Positions 1 through 10,273 of a stretch of 64,000 nt of DNA are shown here, piece after piece. A model generated the notes under the pieces. It was not told the DNA's origin. It saw nothing but the letters and a program-made list of their open reading frames with translations, and did no database searches. A program made the translations under genes and the position numbers. Source of the DNA: a virus. The stretch spans positions 1 to 64,000 of IMG/VR virus record IMGVR_UViG_3300036715_002535. One strand, written 5' to 3'. Within the stretch, counting starts at the first letter, position 1. Each line of letters opens with the position of its first letter.

Positions 1-142
1 TAGTTCCATGACTCTGAAGTTTTAACTGTCTTCTATGGTAGGTCCATCGGACGTGAATATCTATCGAACTTCCTATGTAGGATTTACCGGTAATAGTATT
101 TAAAATTCGATAAATTCCACAAAGTATAGGTCTCTTTGTCAT
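1..142 (-). CDS. GIY-YIG homing endonuclease, N-terminal part (runs off window edge)
   Basis: Manual translation from ATG at 142: MTKRPILCGIYRILNTITGKSYIGSSIDIHVRW..., with GIY and YIG motifs; similar to the 1279-2181 ORF. Not in ORF track. Confidence 0.85.
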   Translation of the reverse strand, partial: MTKRPILCGIYRILNTITGKSYIGSSIDIHVRWTYHRRQLKLQSHGT

Positions 143-152
143 TTTTCACCAA

Positions 153-1292
153 TTAAACTAGGTATCTGTACGCAAGTTTCGTGTTTAACGTATTTAATTG
201 TAAATTAAACGCACGTTGCATGAGATCCACACGGCTCATGTTCTGATTGTAGAATTGGCGGCGTACACCAACGTGAGCTACATTCTGAATCTGGCGAAGC
301 ATTAACTCTTTTGCTTTAGGAAATTCTGTATTAATTTGATTTAGAAGCGTTTCGATCGTTCCACCGATTGCCGAATCAGGAGCATAATCCAAAGTCACGG
401 TCTGGCCGCTGAACTGGAAGCCAAGCTCGCCGTACATCACAATTTGGGACTGTAAACCCCAACACGCCGCAGCGCTTACGAGGTAGCCAGAGATGTCGAA
501 GGTACCGTTATGGGAACCAGGAAAGCTGTTGATGTTCCATTGCGTGATCTGAGGTGGTACCAGATTGAGCATGGAGATACCCTTGCTCAGGTACTCGTAC
601 AGATCAGACATACTATACGACTGAACAAGTTGGCCAGGCTTGCGAACCTTATCCATGTACATCTGAAGCTGGGGCACGTAGAACCAGAAGTAGTTGGGAA
701 CGATTCTGGCAACGACGATTTCCACGTAGGTCTGACGGATGTTCGGGATCTTAGCACGAACCCGAATCATGTAGTCGCCGTTTGGGTAGGGTGTCGTATC
801 GAAGGGTAATCCGTAGATGTACCCCTTAATGGTTGAAGTGGTTTCGAAGTCCTGTAGGTTCGTTGTGGAGTACACCACGGTATCCATGTAGTTCAGAATC
901 TCGAACTCAATGCTGGACGCTTTATCCGGCAGGACAAACTCGATGGTTTCCTTACTCTTCGTGCTCAGGATTAGGGTTCTGGGTGGTAGCTCGTTGTCAT
1001 CTTCCACCACATCGAATTCTGTGATGATATCAAGGATCTGGGTACCACTCTGGAAACTCCAGTCGATTGTCCAAGAGTGCTCTACCGTGGAGAAGGGAGC
1101 ATTCGCAGGAACTACGAAGTTGTAATCGTATAATCCTGACTCGAGATTCTTGAACGCAGTACCTTGGGAGACTATATTCTGACCAGGATCTAGAATTCGA
1201 GCGTTGACCGGAACACTAAGTCCTGGCTCGACACCAGTGGAATCCTTAATATTTTTGGAAAAGACTACACTCTGGCCCCTACACAATTTCAC
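153..1292 (-). CDS. Putative virion structural protein (possibly head-tail/neck)
   Basis: 379-aa ORF, beta-rich N-half and helical C-half; near terminase. Function inferred from context only. Confidence 0.4.
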   Translation of the reverse strand: MKLCRGQSVVFSKNIKDSTGVEPGLSVPVNARILDPGQNIVSQGTAFKNLESGLYDYNFVVPANAPFSTVEHSWTIDWSFQSGTQILDIITEFDVVEDDNELPPRTLILSTKSKETIEFVLPDKASSIEFEILNYMDTVVYSTTNLQDFETTSTIKGYIYGLPFDTTPYPNGDYMIRVRAKIPNIRQTYVEIVVARIVPNYFWFYVPQLQMYMDKVRKPGQLVQSYSMSDLYEYLSKGISMLNLVPPQITQWNINSFPGSHNGTFDISGYLVSAAACWGLQSQIVMYGELGFQFSGQTVTLDYAPDSAIGGTIETLLNQINTEFPKAKELMLRQIQNVAHVGVRRQFYNQNMSRVDLMQRAFNLQLNTLNTKLAYRYLV

Positions 1293-2181
1293 TGGAGGCT
1301 CCTTTAACTTTTCTAGGGTAATGCTTACCTACATTTCTACCTTTGGCTGCAAGCCCTATTTTCTTCCTGGTTTCTTCAGAGACCACCCTTCCTCGCATCT
1401 TCTCTTTAGATTCTTCTGTCCTCTTTTTCCCTTTATGGGCCATTCTCACCGCGTCCTTATGGCCCTCGGATAGTTTTCGGCCTTTACTGGCTTCACCGAT
1501 TTTTTTCTTATGTTCTTCTGAAAGTTTTCTGCCTGTTAAAGCTTGACGGACTTTTGCGACCTGCTCTGGAGACTTGGGGGATCTCATTTTTTCTTTAGCT
1601 TCTTCGGATAATTTCCTTCCAGTGCTTGAAAGTCTCCTAGCTTCCTTTTGATCATCGGTTAGAACTTTCCCACGCATTTTTGCTCTGGTTTCTTCTGAGT
1701 GTCTTTTGAGCCTCATCTTCGATCTCTGCTCTTCTGAAACCGGTTGGCCCTTTCTATACCCCATCATCTTTCGAGTCTCGGGATCTTTTAGCATCTCTAG
1801 TCTGGTCTTGCTCATCTTTGCTCTAGCTTCCGCAGATTTCGGTTTTCTCATCTTCTGCCTAGTCTCTTCTGTAGCTCGTCGACGAACCAATCCATCTTCA
1901 AGCGTTAGAACCGTGCAGTTGTAACCATCCACGACAGAATTTAGACGATCCATCCAAAACGCCTCTAAAAAATTCAATCTTTCTTCTGTGCACTCTTGTA
2001 GAATTTTAAAATCCCACGAATCCTTACCGTATAAATCCCAGGAGTGCTGTAACTTTGGTGATGGATGTTTCTTGCACTTCAGCTGCCATTTATGATTCGC
2101 CCAACGATCTCGAATATTCACAGAACTGCCAACGTAACTTTTCCCAGTCACGGTGTTCAGTATCTGGTAAATTCCAATCAT
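1279..2181 (-). CDS. GIY-YIG homing endonuclease with NUMOD3 repeats
   Basis: GIYQI...YVGSS catalytic domain followed by repeated SEE(T/H)(R/K)xKM motifs. Confidence 0.92.
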   Translation of the reverse strand: MIGIYQILNTVTGKSYVGSSVNIRDRWANHKWQLKCKKHPSPKLQHSWDLYGKDSWDFKILQECTEERLNFLEAFWMDRLNSVVDGYNCTVLTLEDGLVRRRATEETRQKMRKPKSAEARAKMSKTRLEMLKDPETRKMMGYRKGQPVSEEQRSKMRLKRHSEETRAKMRGKVLTDDQKEARRLSSTGRKLSEEAKEKMRSPKSPEQVAKVRQALTGRKLSEEHKKKIGEASKGRKLSEGHKDAVRMAHKGKKRTEESKEKMRGRVVSEETRKKIGLAAKGRNVGKHYPRKVKGASSEIV

Positions 2182-2687
2182 TTTGTGACTCTCAATTTGA
2201 TCTTGATAGAGGATCTATGTAGACCGCTTTCCTTCTCTTTCAACCACTCTTCGAACCGGGGAACTGTCACATAGTCCGGGGCAACTTCTAAAAGTCGCTC
2301 CCATTCTTCCCGATCTCGCTCGAGTTGCGTTTTACGATTACGCTCAGAGATCATCCAACGTGTACCATTCTGGGTAATGTAACCTGCGGAGACCAATTCT
2401 TCCAGGGCCTCGAGGATCTCTGGATCCTGGTTGTCCTCGCCATCGATGTTGAGAAGGTGTTGAATCTCCTCTAGTCGCATGCCTTCACTCTTCAGGAGCT
2501 TGGGAATCTTGCGGATCAGATCTGGAATGTCTGAATAAGTTGTCGTACCAGCCTTAGCCATAATTCCTCCCGGTGGGGGTGGCACCTTCTGTGCCAACTC
2601 GAAAGTAGGAATCACCTCTTCCGTCAACGCCTTGGTGGGGTCGATCGGAATAATATAGGTGGGCCTTGTCTTGACGAAGATTTTCAC
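2178..2687 (-). CDS. Hypothetical protein (possible winged-helix segment)
   Basis: 169-aa ORF overlapping both neighbours by 4 nt. Confidence 0.6.
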   Translation of the reverse strand: MKIFVKTRPTYIIPIDPTKALTEEVIPTFELAQKVPPPPGGIMAKAGTTTYSDIPDLIRKIPKLLKSEGMRLEEIQHLLNIDGEDNQDPEILEALEELVSAGYITQNGTRWMISERNRKTQLERDREEWERLLEVAPDYVTVPRFEEWLKEKESGLHRSSIKIKLRVTK

Positions 2688-3037
2688 AGGTTGCGTCCGT
2701 GATGGTCACTACCACGTGCCCACTCATGGGCAGGTACATCTTCGTAGTCATGAGAGTTTTCATTCAGGAAGGCAACATAGTCGCCGGATGTCTTGCAGAG
2801 AATGCCTTCTTCAAGTTCCTGATCGAAGTGACCGAAGATGTCGGCATCCTCTTCGTTTGGTACTCCTTCGATTGCGTAGACAGTTAGATCATCATCGGCG
2901 CTAGGACCATTCTCAGCCACGAACATTGAAGTTTTCAGGCCACGTGCCAAAACTGCCTGCTTCCAAGATTTGTAGTCCTGGAAGGTTTCGCGGTCATTCG
3001 CTCGTCTCCAGAGATTGGCGGTTACACGGAGCTTCAT
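2684..3037 (-). CDS. Hypothetical protein with MKLRVTANL leader
   Basis: GGAGG RBS; shared N-terminal motif (see findings). Confidence 0.7.
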   Translation of the reverse strand: MKLRVTANLWRRANDRETFQDYKSWKQAVLARGLKTSMFVAENGPSADDDLTVYAIEGVPNEEDADIFGHFDQELEEGILCKTSGDYVAFLNENSHDYEDVPAHEWARGSDHHGRNL

Positions 3038-3083
3038 AGATCACCTCCCTATCCATTCTAACCGAAAAAGGTTATCAATACAT

Positions 3084-5420
3084 ATGGCGCGAAGAGAAGT
3101 AGATCCCGTAGACCTTATTGAAAAAGCATTATCGGCGAACTGGGATACGAGTGAATTAGACTCGATGAAGCTGGACATCGAGGAAGCACCGAACTCAATT
3201 CAGTACATGGTGGGATCTCAATTCCATGGTATGTCCCCGTGGCCTCGGCAGATTGAGTTCGCTCTAAAAACCTTTGAAGACTATTGTCCATACTGTAGCG
3301 ACATGACAGTAGTCAACGATTGTTGGGGTAGGTCCCTCGACTCGATTCGAAACCGGGTCCAATTCCTCGAGTTCGGTAAGTGTCCAAAATGTCGAAGAAC
3401 CCGAATTGACTTCTGGAAAGAAGAACTCCATCAGGGTCGCCAAGAACTGATTGGTGTTGCCGGGCAGAGATGCTTGGACCCAGACCTCCTGGTTCGAATG
3501 GCAGACGGCATCTTGGTGTCCCTGGCCCTTCTTAAAAAGGGGGATCTACTCCAGGATCGGAATGGTACAGTCACAGAGGTTACGAAGGTCTGGCCGGTCC
3601 AGGAGCCGGGCTACTTCGTGGTCTTTATGAATCTACCTGATGGAAAGACTATCCCTATCAAGTGTGGACATGAGCATGCCTGGGTAACCGATCGTGGAGT
3701 CATAGCCACAACCGAACTATGCTACGAGGATCGGATTGAGTTTGGTGAGAGCTGGGCAACTGTTCGTATCATCAAGAAGTACCCCGGTAAGCCAGTCAAT
3801 CTGATTGACATCGAAACCACCTCCGGAACCTTTCTCCATGTGTCCGGTCTCACTCTTCACAACTCAGGTAAGACCCTAATCACCGCAGTTTTCTCTTCGT
3901 ACATTCTCCACAAATACCTGAGCATGGATGGTCTGCCATGTAGTCGGTACGGCCTACGTAACACGGTTCTGATGGGAACCTTCATCGCAGCGGACAACAA
4001 GCAGGTATCTGAAACCACCTGGGGACAATTCGCGGCTGAAATTGAATCGTCCCCGTGGTACAAGACGTACTTCGCTTTGCTGAAGGAAGAGGAAAAGCGA
4101 ACCGGTACCGAAATGTACAAGTTCAAGCCAGAGTACGCTCTGGCGTTCATGAACAAGAAGCTTCTATTCTCCCACGCAACAGGTGACTACACTGGACTAC
4201 GTGGACGTACGAGAATCCTGGGAAGCATCGATGAGTTGGGTTGGTTCGAGAGCAACGAACGTGCTAAGAGACGAGCCGGCCTCGAAATCTACACCTCCCT
4301 GAACAACTCCCTTAAGACGATCCGTTCTGCAGCAGATCATAAGCGTATGGAAGGTCAGTACGATCTACCTACCGCGTACATGTTCAATGTATCTTCTCCA
4401 GCAGCGGAAGATGATCCGATCATGACCCTCAAGTCTAAAGCTGGTACCGCGAAGAAGACTTTCTGCTTCCATCTTCCGACCTGGGAAATCAATCCCGGTA
4501 TCTCCCTCGAGGACTTCGAGGATGATATGAAGAAGGATCCAGTTAAGATCATGAGAGACTTTGGTGCCCAGCCGGGTGCCGGTCGTAACATCTATTTGCC
4601 AAACGCAGAGATCATTCTGGCATCTGTGGATGAGAAGCGTGAGAGTGGAATGAAGTTCCACAAGGAGTTCTTGGAAATCGACATCAAGAACACGCCCTAC
4701 ACCTACGTGTATCCCAAGCTAGACCACATCATGCTGGATCGTACTACCCCTTACATTCTCGCAGGTGACGCAGGAGAGTCCGGTAACAGCTTCTCCCTGA
4801 TGCTTTGTAGCTTGGATGAGAACGTGACCATCGTGAATGCGGGTGTGGTTGTTCAGCCGGTGGGTCTTGCTTCAGGTAAGATTGCAACGGTTCACTTCCC
4901 CTCAGTTCTACAGTTCATTCTGGATCTGCGTAGGCATATCACTCTTCGTAAGGTTGTCTTTGATCGTTGGCAGTCCACTTTCGTGATCCAAGCTCTACGT
5001 GATCAGGATATTGATGCAGAGAAGTTCTCTCTTCGTTATGAACACTTCAAGCTATTTAAGCAGAGATTCTACGAAGAAAGATTCAGACTACCCAAGCCAG
5101 AAGTCAGCTTCGACAAGATTATGTTACAGCATTTAGACGACAAACAACCTTCGGCTCTGTTGATCAAGCAGCTGAGAACTGTGAGGGATAATGGTCGTCA
5201 GGTCATGAAGCCCGCTGCGGAAGATGACGATCTCTTCCGTTGCCTAGTATTGGCGGACAAGTTCCTGCAGGAGGATCCGGAGGCTTTCAGAAAGATCGAT
5301 GTGCTTCGTGGTCGTGGTGGTCACTTCGCAACCTATTCTTCGAAGGAGATCCCGAAACAGAAGTTCAATATCCAATTGAACACCGGTCGGACGTTCATCC
5401 AGAAGAAAAAGACAAGATGA
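3084..5420 (+). CDS. terL: Terminase large subunit containing an intein
   Basis: Walker A split GQR/SGKT, Walker B GSIDELG, nuclease motifs AGDAG, VVFDRWQS, DDDLF; upstream of portal. ATG 3084 preferred over TTG 3015. Confidence 0.9.
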   Translation: MARREVDPVDLIEKALSANWDTSELDSMKLDIEEAPNSIQYMVGSQFHGMSPWPRQIEFALKTFEDYCPYCSDMTVVNDCWGRSLDSIRNRVQFLEFGKCPKCRRTRIDFWKEELHQGRQELIGVAGQRCLDPDLLVRMADGILVSLALLKKGDLLQDRNGTVTEVTKVWPVQEPGYFVVFMNLPDGKTIPIKCGHEHAWVTDRGVIATTELCYEDRIEFGESWATVRIIKKYPGKPVNLIDIETTSGTFLHVSGLTLHNSGKTLITAVFSSYILHKYLSMDGLPCSRYGLRNTVLMGTFIAADNKQVSETTWGQFAAEIESSPWYKTYFALLKEEEKRTGTEMYKFKPEYALAFMNKKLLFSHATGDYTGLRGRTRILGSIDELGWFESNERAKRRAGLEIYTSLNNSLKTIRSAADHKRMEGQYDLPTAYMFNVSSPAAEDDPIMTLKSKAGTAKKTFCFHLPTWEINPGISLEDFEDDMKKDPVKIMRDFGAQPGAGRNIYLPNAEIILASVDEKRESGMKFHKEFLEIDIKNTPYTYVYPKLDHIMLDRTTPYILAGDAGESGNSFSLMLCSLDENVTIVNAGVVVQPVGLASGKIATVHFPSVLQFILDLRRHITLRKVVFDRWQSTFVIQALRDQDIDAEKFSLRYEHFKLFKQRFYEERFRLPKPEVSFDKIMLQHLDDKQPSALLIKQLRTVRDNGRQVMKPAAEDDDLFRCLVLADKFLQEDPEAFRKIDVLRGRGGHFATYSSKEIPKQKFNIQLNTGRTFIQKKKTR
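3471..3863 (+). mobile_element. Mini-intein (131 aa, no endonuclease) in terminase Walker A
   Basis: Begins CLDPDLLVRMADG, block B CGHEH, ends GLTLHN followed by Ser; removal restores GQRSGKT. Confidence 0.92.
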
Positions 5421-5451
5421 CTACCTATAATTAAGAGACCGGAGGGTTGCG

Positions 5452-6006
5452 ATGAAGTTACTGAAAGCAGTTTGGGCCGAGATGACCATCAAGGGCAAGT
5501 TCAAGGGTTCGCTCCAAGAGTTCGCGATTCGCAACGTGGACCATGGCAACAAGGTGTTCGCTGGACCCAAGCAGGTCACCAGCACCTTCGAAGCAATGGC
5601 CCTCGATCCGAACAAACTGTTCATCGATGAAGTAACCATGACCTGCTGCGAACCTAAGATCGCGGGGGAGCAAACTACTCGTGTTGGATGCGATAAAAGA
5701 GATGAAATAAAGAAGGATAAAAAGACTTCAGCTTTCAAGCCAGATGCCTCACTAAAGAAAACCGCTGGCTCTTCCATCGCAGACATCTTCTTCAACCCTG
5801 CTCAGCAGACCATCGACTGTCCTCACTGCCACCTGCCCATGAAGACCGCAACTCTGAATGGTGGCATGGGATCTCTCTTCTGCCCCAACTGCCGCCACGT
5901 AGACTACGAAGACAAAGTGAAGTCAACCGTGAATGCTGGATCCCCAAGCGTGGACAAGTCTCTTCAGTTCAAGTGCCTGGATTCTGGCAATTGCCAAATT
6001 GTATAA
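5452..6006 (+). CDS. Hypothetical protein with zinc ribbon
   Basis: CPHC...CPNC; GGAGG RBS and TATAATT upstream. Confidence 0.65.
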   Translation: MKLLKAVWAEMTIKGKFKGSLQEFAIRNVDHGNKVFAGPKQVTSTFEAMALDPNKLFIDEVTMTCCEPKIAGEQTTRVGCDKRDEIKKDKKTSAFKPDASLKKTAGSSIADIFFNPAQQTIDCPHCHLPMKTATLNGGMGSLFCPNCRHVDYEDKVKSTVNAGSPSVDKSLQFKCLDSGNCQIV

Positions 6007-6023
6007 GAGAGGGTTAGAATCTC

Positions 6024-6443
6024 ATGGCAGACTTCCAAGTTCGTCCCGTTCTAACTGACCTCGCAAGAACCAATCTTGGTTCCATGCTTGATGTCGGCTA
6101 CCCAGCATTTCAGATTACGGACTTCGCGGTCGGACTTGGTGGCTACTCTCCAGCAAATCCAACGGTGGCATTCCCACCAGACCCTTCCGCAACCGGCCTG
6201 ATCAATGAAATCTTCCGCAGCGTAAACGTATCGCGGGAGAACTTGGATCAGTTCAGCAAGGTCTTCATCGGAAATCTGGATCAGTCTGAGGGTGTAGGTG
6301 AGCTTGGAGAGGTTGGTTTATTCGCGACCTACCTCAGTGGGCCGCTTGCTGGACAGAAGTTCCTGTTCGGAAAAGCGAACTTCCCCATGAAAGTCAAGAC
6401 GGCACAAGACAAGATTAGATTCCTGATGGTGGTTCTACTGTGA
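6024..6443 (+). CDS. Tail-collar/baseplate-fibre attachment-like protein (DUF3751-like)
   Basis: LT...ITDFAVG.GG...GEVGLFA...LFGKANFP.K.K pattern. Confidence 0.55.
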   Translation: MADFQVRPVLTDLARTNLGSMLDVGYPAFQITDFAVGLGGYSPANPTVAFPPDPSATGLINEIFRSVNVSRENLDQFSKVFIGNLDQSEGVGELGEVGLFATYLSGPLAGQKFLFGKANFPMKVKTAQDKIRFLMVVLL

Positions 6444-8512
6444 AGTCTCCCCTACCAGTAAGTGCCTCTAAGAGAAAGTTCACCTTAGAAGGCATCAACT
6501 CGGCGGTAAGTGGGTCTGAGAAGACCCAGCCTACTTTTCATGTAAAATCTTCCCTCGCTGCGAAGGCAGCAGGTCAGGCCGGTGGGTCTGGAATGGGTGG
6601 CACAGTCTTCGCCCCTATGTACCAGGATTTGCTGTACAACAACATTGCAGCGTACCAGATCCCCAAGAATAAAAAGGCCCACAACAAGCTGATGTCCCAG
6701 ATCTATCACTTCGATCCCATTGCGGGACCGGCAGTTGATCTGTACGCTGAGATGCCTTGGAGTGGATTCGATCTGACCGGAATCGATGATCCGGCAATCC
6801 GCCACATCTACGAAGATGCGTTCAGCAACCTGAGGATGGAATACTACTTCCCTCAGATGACTGCGAACTATCTGGTGTACGGAAGAATCTGCTTGCACCT
6901 TCTCTTTGATCAGACAAAAGGCATCTGGACCAACTTCATTCTACACAACGATGATGATGTCGAGATCGTGCCAGTGCCATTCTTCAACGAAGATCCGCTG
7001 GTCAATTTTCTGCCTCCCCCAGAGACGAAGGAATTCATTCTTTCGAAGGATCCCCGTACGCAGGTGTATCTCCAGAACATTCCTGCGAGCATGATCCAGA
7101 TGATCAAGAGTGGTAAGTCGATTCCACTTGATGTCAGTAACACCCTTTATCTCCCACGACGCACGCTGATCAATGATCCCTCTGGAACGTCCCTGTTCTC
7201 TCGCATTATTGGCCTGATCACCCTCGAGCGCGCTTTGATGAATGCCTCGACCGTGAAGGCCCAGAGAAATGCTGGACCCATCCGCGTACTGAAGATGGGT
7301 AAAGAGGGCTGGCTCCCCACGGACGAAGAGATGGCAAACGCCATCTCGAGCATCATGATGGCAGAAGAAGATCCTGTTGCCGCAGTCGTGGGCTTCAAGG
7401 GTCAGGATACCTCCATCGATCTTATGTCTGGTTCGGGTCAGGATGGTCTCTGGAAGATCTCCGAGGAATACGATTTCATCCAGAATGCGAAGTTCAAGGC
7501 CCTGGGTATCTCCGAGCAGATGATGGCGGGTGATGCCACCTACAACAACATGGAACAGGCCCTCTCGATCTTCCTGGAGAGAATCAAGACCCTCCGTCAA
7601 AGATTCGAGCGGAAGATCCTCATTGAGAAGGTCTGCGAACCTCTTGCAAAGGCTCACGGGTTCTACAAGAAGCAGAAGGTTCTCAATCCTCGGCTCAAAC
7701 AGTCGGATACTAGAAATCTACAAGAAACTTCGGACGCTCAGTTGATTCTGCCTACCATTGGATGGCACAAGCCTCTCGAACCTCGTATGGATCAGAGCCT
7801 CGTGGATCTGTACAAAGCCGCCGAAGAAGTTGGTCTGCCGGTCACCATGCGCCAGTGGGGTGCTGCAACCGGTATCAGCCTCTCCGACATGGGTCAGAAT
7901 CTGGAAGACGATCTTCTGGTTCGCAAACAGATCAAGCAGTGGAAAGATCAGGTCGATGAAGATGGACTTGGTTCTGCTGACCTGGGTACCAGCGAAGACT
8001 TCGGTGGTGGTGACCTGGGCGGTGGCGGAGACATGGGAGATCTGGGTGGACCGGATGAAGGTGGTGGACCCGGCGGAATGGAAGATGGTAAGCCGGTAAT
8101 GGAAAAGGTCACTCCCGAAGACACCTCGGTTGTAGACAACATCCCACCCCCACCAACTGAGAGCTCCTACACCAAGTTCAAATCTTCCAGTCTGAAGGGT
8201 CATCCACTTCTTAGTGGCAGCAGATTCGGAAACGTTGCTCTGGCTAGAATCCGTGAGATTGAGGGTTTCGGACTTGCAAAGGTACGGACCTACCTGGCCG
8301 AAACAGAACTGAACTCCGTTGAAAAGGCTTGGATCAAGTACGCTGCGAGCTATTCAGATCTACGCATCACCTTGGACAAGAAGGAGATCCAACACATCGC
8401 GAGAGAACTGGCAAGACATAAGGTTCTTCGCAATAACAAAAACGTTACGCATCTGGCTCGGTTGAGTGCGATCAGCCCCGAAGCCTCACTTAATTTACTT
8501 TCAGGAAAATGA
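6440..8512 (+). CDS. Portal protein
   Basis: 690 aa downstream of terminase; DPIAGPAVDLYAE, GTSLFSRI, ALGISEQMMAGDATY motifs and Gly/acidic tail typical of large-phage portals. Confidence 0.75.
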   Translation: MKSPLPVSASKRKFTLEGINSAVSGSEKTQPTFHVKSSLAAKAAGQAGGSGMGGTVFAPMYQDLLYNNIAAYQIPKNKKAHNKLMSQIYHFDPIAGPAVDLYAEMPWSGFDLTGIDDPAIRHIYEDAFSNLRMEYYFPQMTANYLVYGRICLHLLFDQTKGIWTNFILHNDDDVEIVPVPFFNEDPLVNFLPPPETKEFILSKDPRTQVYLQNIPASMIQMIKSGKSIPLDVSNTLYLPRRTLINDPSGTSLFSRIIGLITLERALMNASTVKAQRNAGPIRVLKMGKEGWLPTDEEMANAISSIMMAEEDPVAAVVGFKGQDTSIDLMSGSGQDGLWKISEEYDFIQNAKFKALGISEQMMAGDATYNNMEQALSIFLERIKTLRQRFERKILIEKVCEPLAKAHGFYKKQKVLNPRLKQSDTRNLQETSDAQLILPTIGWHKPLEPRMDQSLVDLYKAAEEVGLPVTMRQWGAATGISLSDMGQNLEDDLLVRKQIKQWKDQVDEDGLGSADLGTSEDFGGGDLGGGGDMGDLGGPDEGGGPGGMEDGKPVMEKVTPEDTSVVDNIPPPPTESSYTKFKSSSLKGHPLLSGSRFGNVALARIREIEGFGLAKVRTYLAETELNSVEKAWIKYAASYSDLRITLDKKEIQHIARELARHKVLRNNKNVTHLARLSAISPEASLNLLSGK

Positions 8513-8539
8513 ACATTAGAATAAACCTGGGAGTACCCG

Positions 8540-9409
8540 ATGCTTAATTGGAAGAGAAAAATCGCTGCCCTGTTGGAATCGGAACCACTCAAAGCGCGTA
8601 CTTACTTCTTCGCCCAGGAAAAGATCGAAGCTCTCTCACCAGTGTTCGATGGTTTGCCGGAGGATACAAATCCTCAAGCGATTTTGACTGCCAGCGTTGA
8701 GATTGAAGCAATGATGGGTAAGGAAGGGATCTCTTTGAAGGAACTCCTGGAGAAGAAGTACCAGGAAGTCCAGAAGATTCTTCCGGTCATGGCACCCAAG
8801 ATCAAGAACGTGCTGATGAATGAAGTGACCGATGTGGATGGTCTTCAGAAGAATCTGAAGACTGTCACAGATACCCTCACCCAGAACGAAGAACAGAACG
8901 CTTCGGAATTCAAGTACACCAAGAAGAACACCAATTCAATCGCACTTTCCAACATGGCGAAATCCGTGGTGGATGGTGCAGCAGCCCAGTACCGGGACAT
9001 GATTGAGGAAATGACAGACAAGAAAGAACGTGTTCGCTTATTCCTCAGTCTTTTGGAGGACGAAGTGGTGAAGATCCTGGACGAGTTGGAACCGGCTCTT
9101 CGGGACATCTTCAACGTTAGAGTGAAAGAATTTGCAAAACAGGTCGTGATGGAACCCACATTCAGCGCTTCAAAGAACGTTCGTGCTTCCCTCAAGAAGA
9201 AAGCCATGAAGAACGTTCGTGCTTCCCTCAAGAAGAAAGCCATCAATGATATGCTCCTGGAGAACTGCTCCGGCAGTGTTGAAGGTGAAGCAGAGATCAC
9301 AGAGATTCGTGAGACTCGTCCAAGGTTCCTGGTAACCTCTCCCAAGTCCCCTCGTAAGTGGCCCAAGAAAGTCAAGCGTGGAGAGTTCAAGGAGGATCCC
9401 ATTGAGTAA
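8540..9409 (+). CDS. Helical head-assembly/scaffold-like protein (putative)
   Basis: Coiled-coil-like composition, lies between portal and protease. Confidence 0.4.
   Translation: MLNWKRKIAALLESEPLKARTYFFAQEKIEALSPVFDGLPEDTNPQAILTASVEIEAMMGKEGISLKELLEKKYQEVQKILPVMAPKIKNVLMNEVTDVDGLQKNLKTVTDTLTQNEEQNASEFKYTKKNTNSIALSNMAKSVVDGAAAQYRDMIEEMTDKKERVRLFLSLLEDEVVKILDELEPALRDIFNVRVKEFAKQVVMEPTFSASKNVRASLKKKAMKNVRASLKKKAINDMLLENCSGSVEGEAEITEIRETRPRFLVTSPKSPRKWPKKVKRGEFKEDPIE
9173..9243 (+). repeat. 36-bp in-frame tandem duplication (KNVRASLKKKAM/I x2)
   Basis: aagaacgttcgtgcttccctcaagaagaaagccat at 9173 and 9209. Confidence 0.95.
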
Positions 9410-9782
9410 CTTTCGAAAGATCGCTGAACAGCTTCCTGGCTTTGGTCAGGACGAAAATCCAATCAAGAATTTCGCAGATCAGAACGGTCTGGAAGTCGTC
9501 ACCGGGCGCCCAATGCAGATCGGAGATATAGTTCTTCTCCCTTCGGTACCCTGCGTAATGGACTTCGAAGAGCCAAACGGTCACGTTGCCATGGCGGCTC
9601 TCAAGATCGAAGTAGACAAGAACTGGATGATGGAAGGGGAGGACGGTTTACTCTACCTCGTAGTTTCCCCTAACGAAATTCAGTCCTTCGCGGATTCCCT
9701 CAAGATCCTGGCCCGCAAGGCATACAAGATCGATGAGAGACTGAAAGCCGATCCAGAAATCACCCACGCGGATGATCTATGA
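9402..9782 (+). CDS. Hypothetical protein
   Basis: TTG start with GGAGG RBS; operon-like overlaps. Confidence 0.6.
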   Translation: MSNFRKIAEQLPGFGQDENPIKNFADQNGLEVVTGRPMQIGDIVLLPSVPCVMDFEEPNGHVAMAALKIEVDKNWMMEGEDGLLYLVVSPNEIQSFADSLKILARKAYKIDERLKADPEITHADDL

Positions 9783-10141
9783 TTCACCGCCGGTTCCTCG
9801 CCTCCGAAGATCTCCTGGAACCAGGAGAAATTGATATTCTCCGAGAAGCATTCGAGGATGGGGATGCTGCGGAGCACGTTGACTTCTTGATTGATCAGTA
9901 CGTCCCTCTGGAAGATCTCTATACCAAGTTCGAGGATTACGCAAGGCTCCCCGGATTCTGGGAAGACGTTCCAAACGTTCACTTTCTGGCAATCAAGCTC
10001 TTCTATAAGTTGGTTCGCGAAGTTCCGGTCCTAGATGTAAACGGGGATTTGGATTCAAGCGTAACCTACTGGGCAAACCAAGCAAGTCCGATACTTTCCA
10101 AAATCTTGGCAGACAAGTCCCATCTGGCTTCAGTGAGGTAG
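9779..10141 (+). CDS. Hypothetical protein
   Basis: ATGA overlap with upstream gene. Confidence 0.65.
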   Translation: MIHRRFLASEDLLEPGEIDILREAFEDGDAAEHVDFLIDQYVPLEDLYTKFEDYARLPGFWEDVPNVHFLAIKLFYKLVREVPVLDVNGDLDSSVTYWANQASPILSKILADKSHLASVR

Positions 10142-10143
10142 AC

Positions 10144-10269
10144 ATGGCATTTCAGAAGTTCGGTGATGCAGTCAAACAAGACAATACGTTCGAACTGAAA
10201 GAGAAAGACGAGAAGGTCAAGACCTCTACTTCCAAGGACGAGGAAGACAAGAAAAAGAAAGAGAAGTGA
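10144..10269 (+). CDS. Small charged protein, 41 aa (MAFQKFGDAVK...)
   Basis: GAGGT RBS; fills the gap exactly; below ORF-track cutoff. Confidence 0.6.
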   Translation: MAFQKFGDAVKQDNTFELKEKDEKVKTSTSKDEEDKKKKEK

Positions 10270-10273
10270 CCCT

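Noticed and set aside
6485-9462. Long antisense ORFs (6941-7657, 8845-9462; likewise 30349-31176, 32405-33154)
   Set aside because: Shadow frames of strongly codon-biased real genes, with no motifs or RBS.
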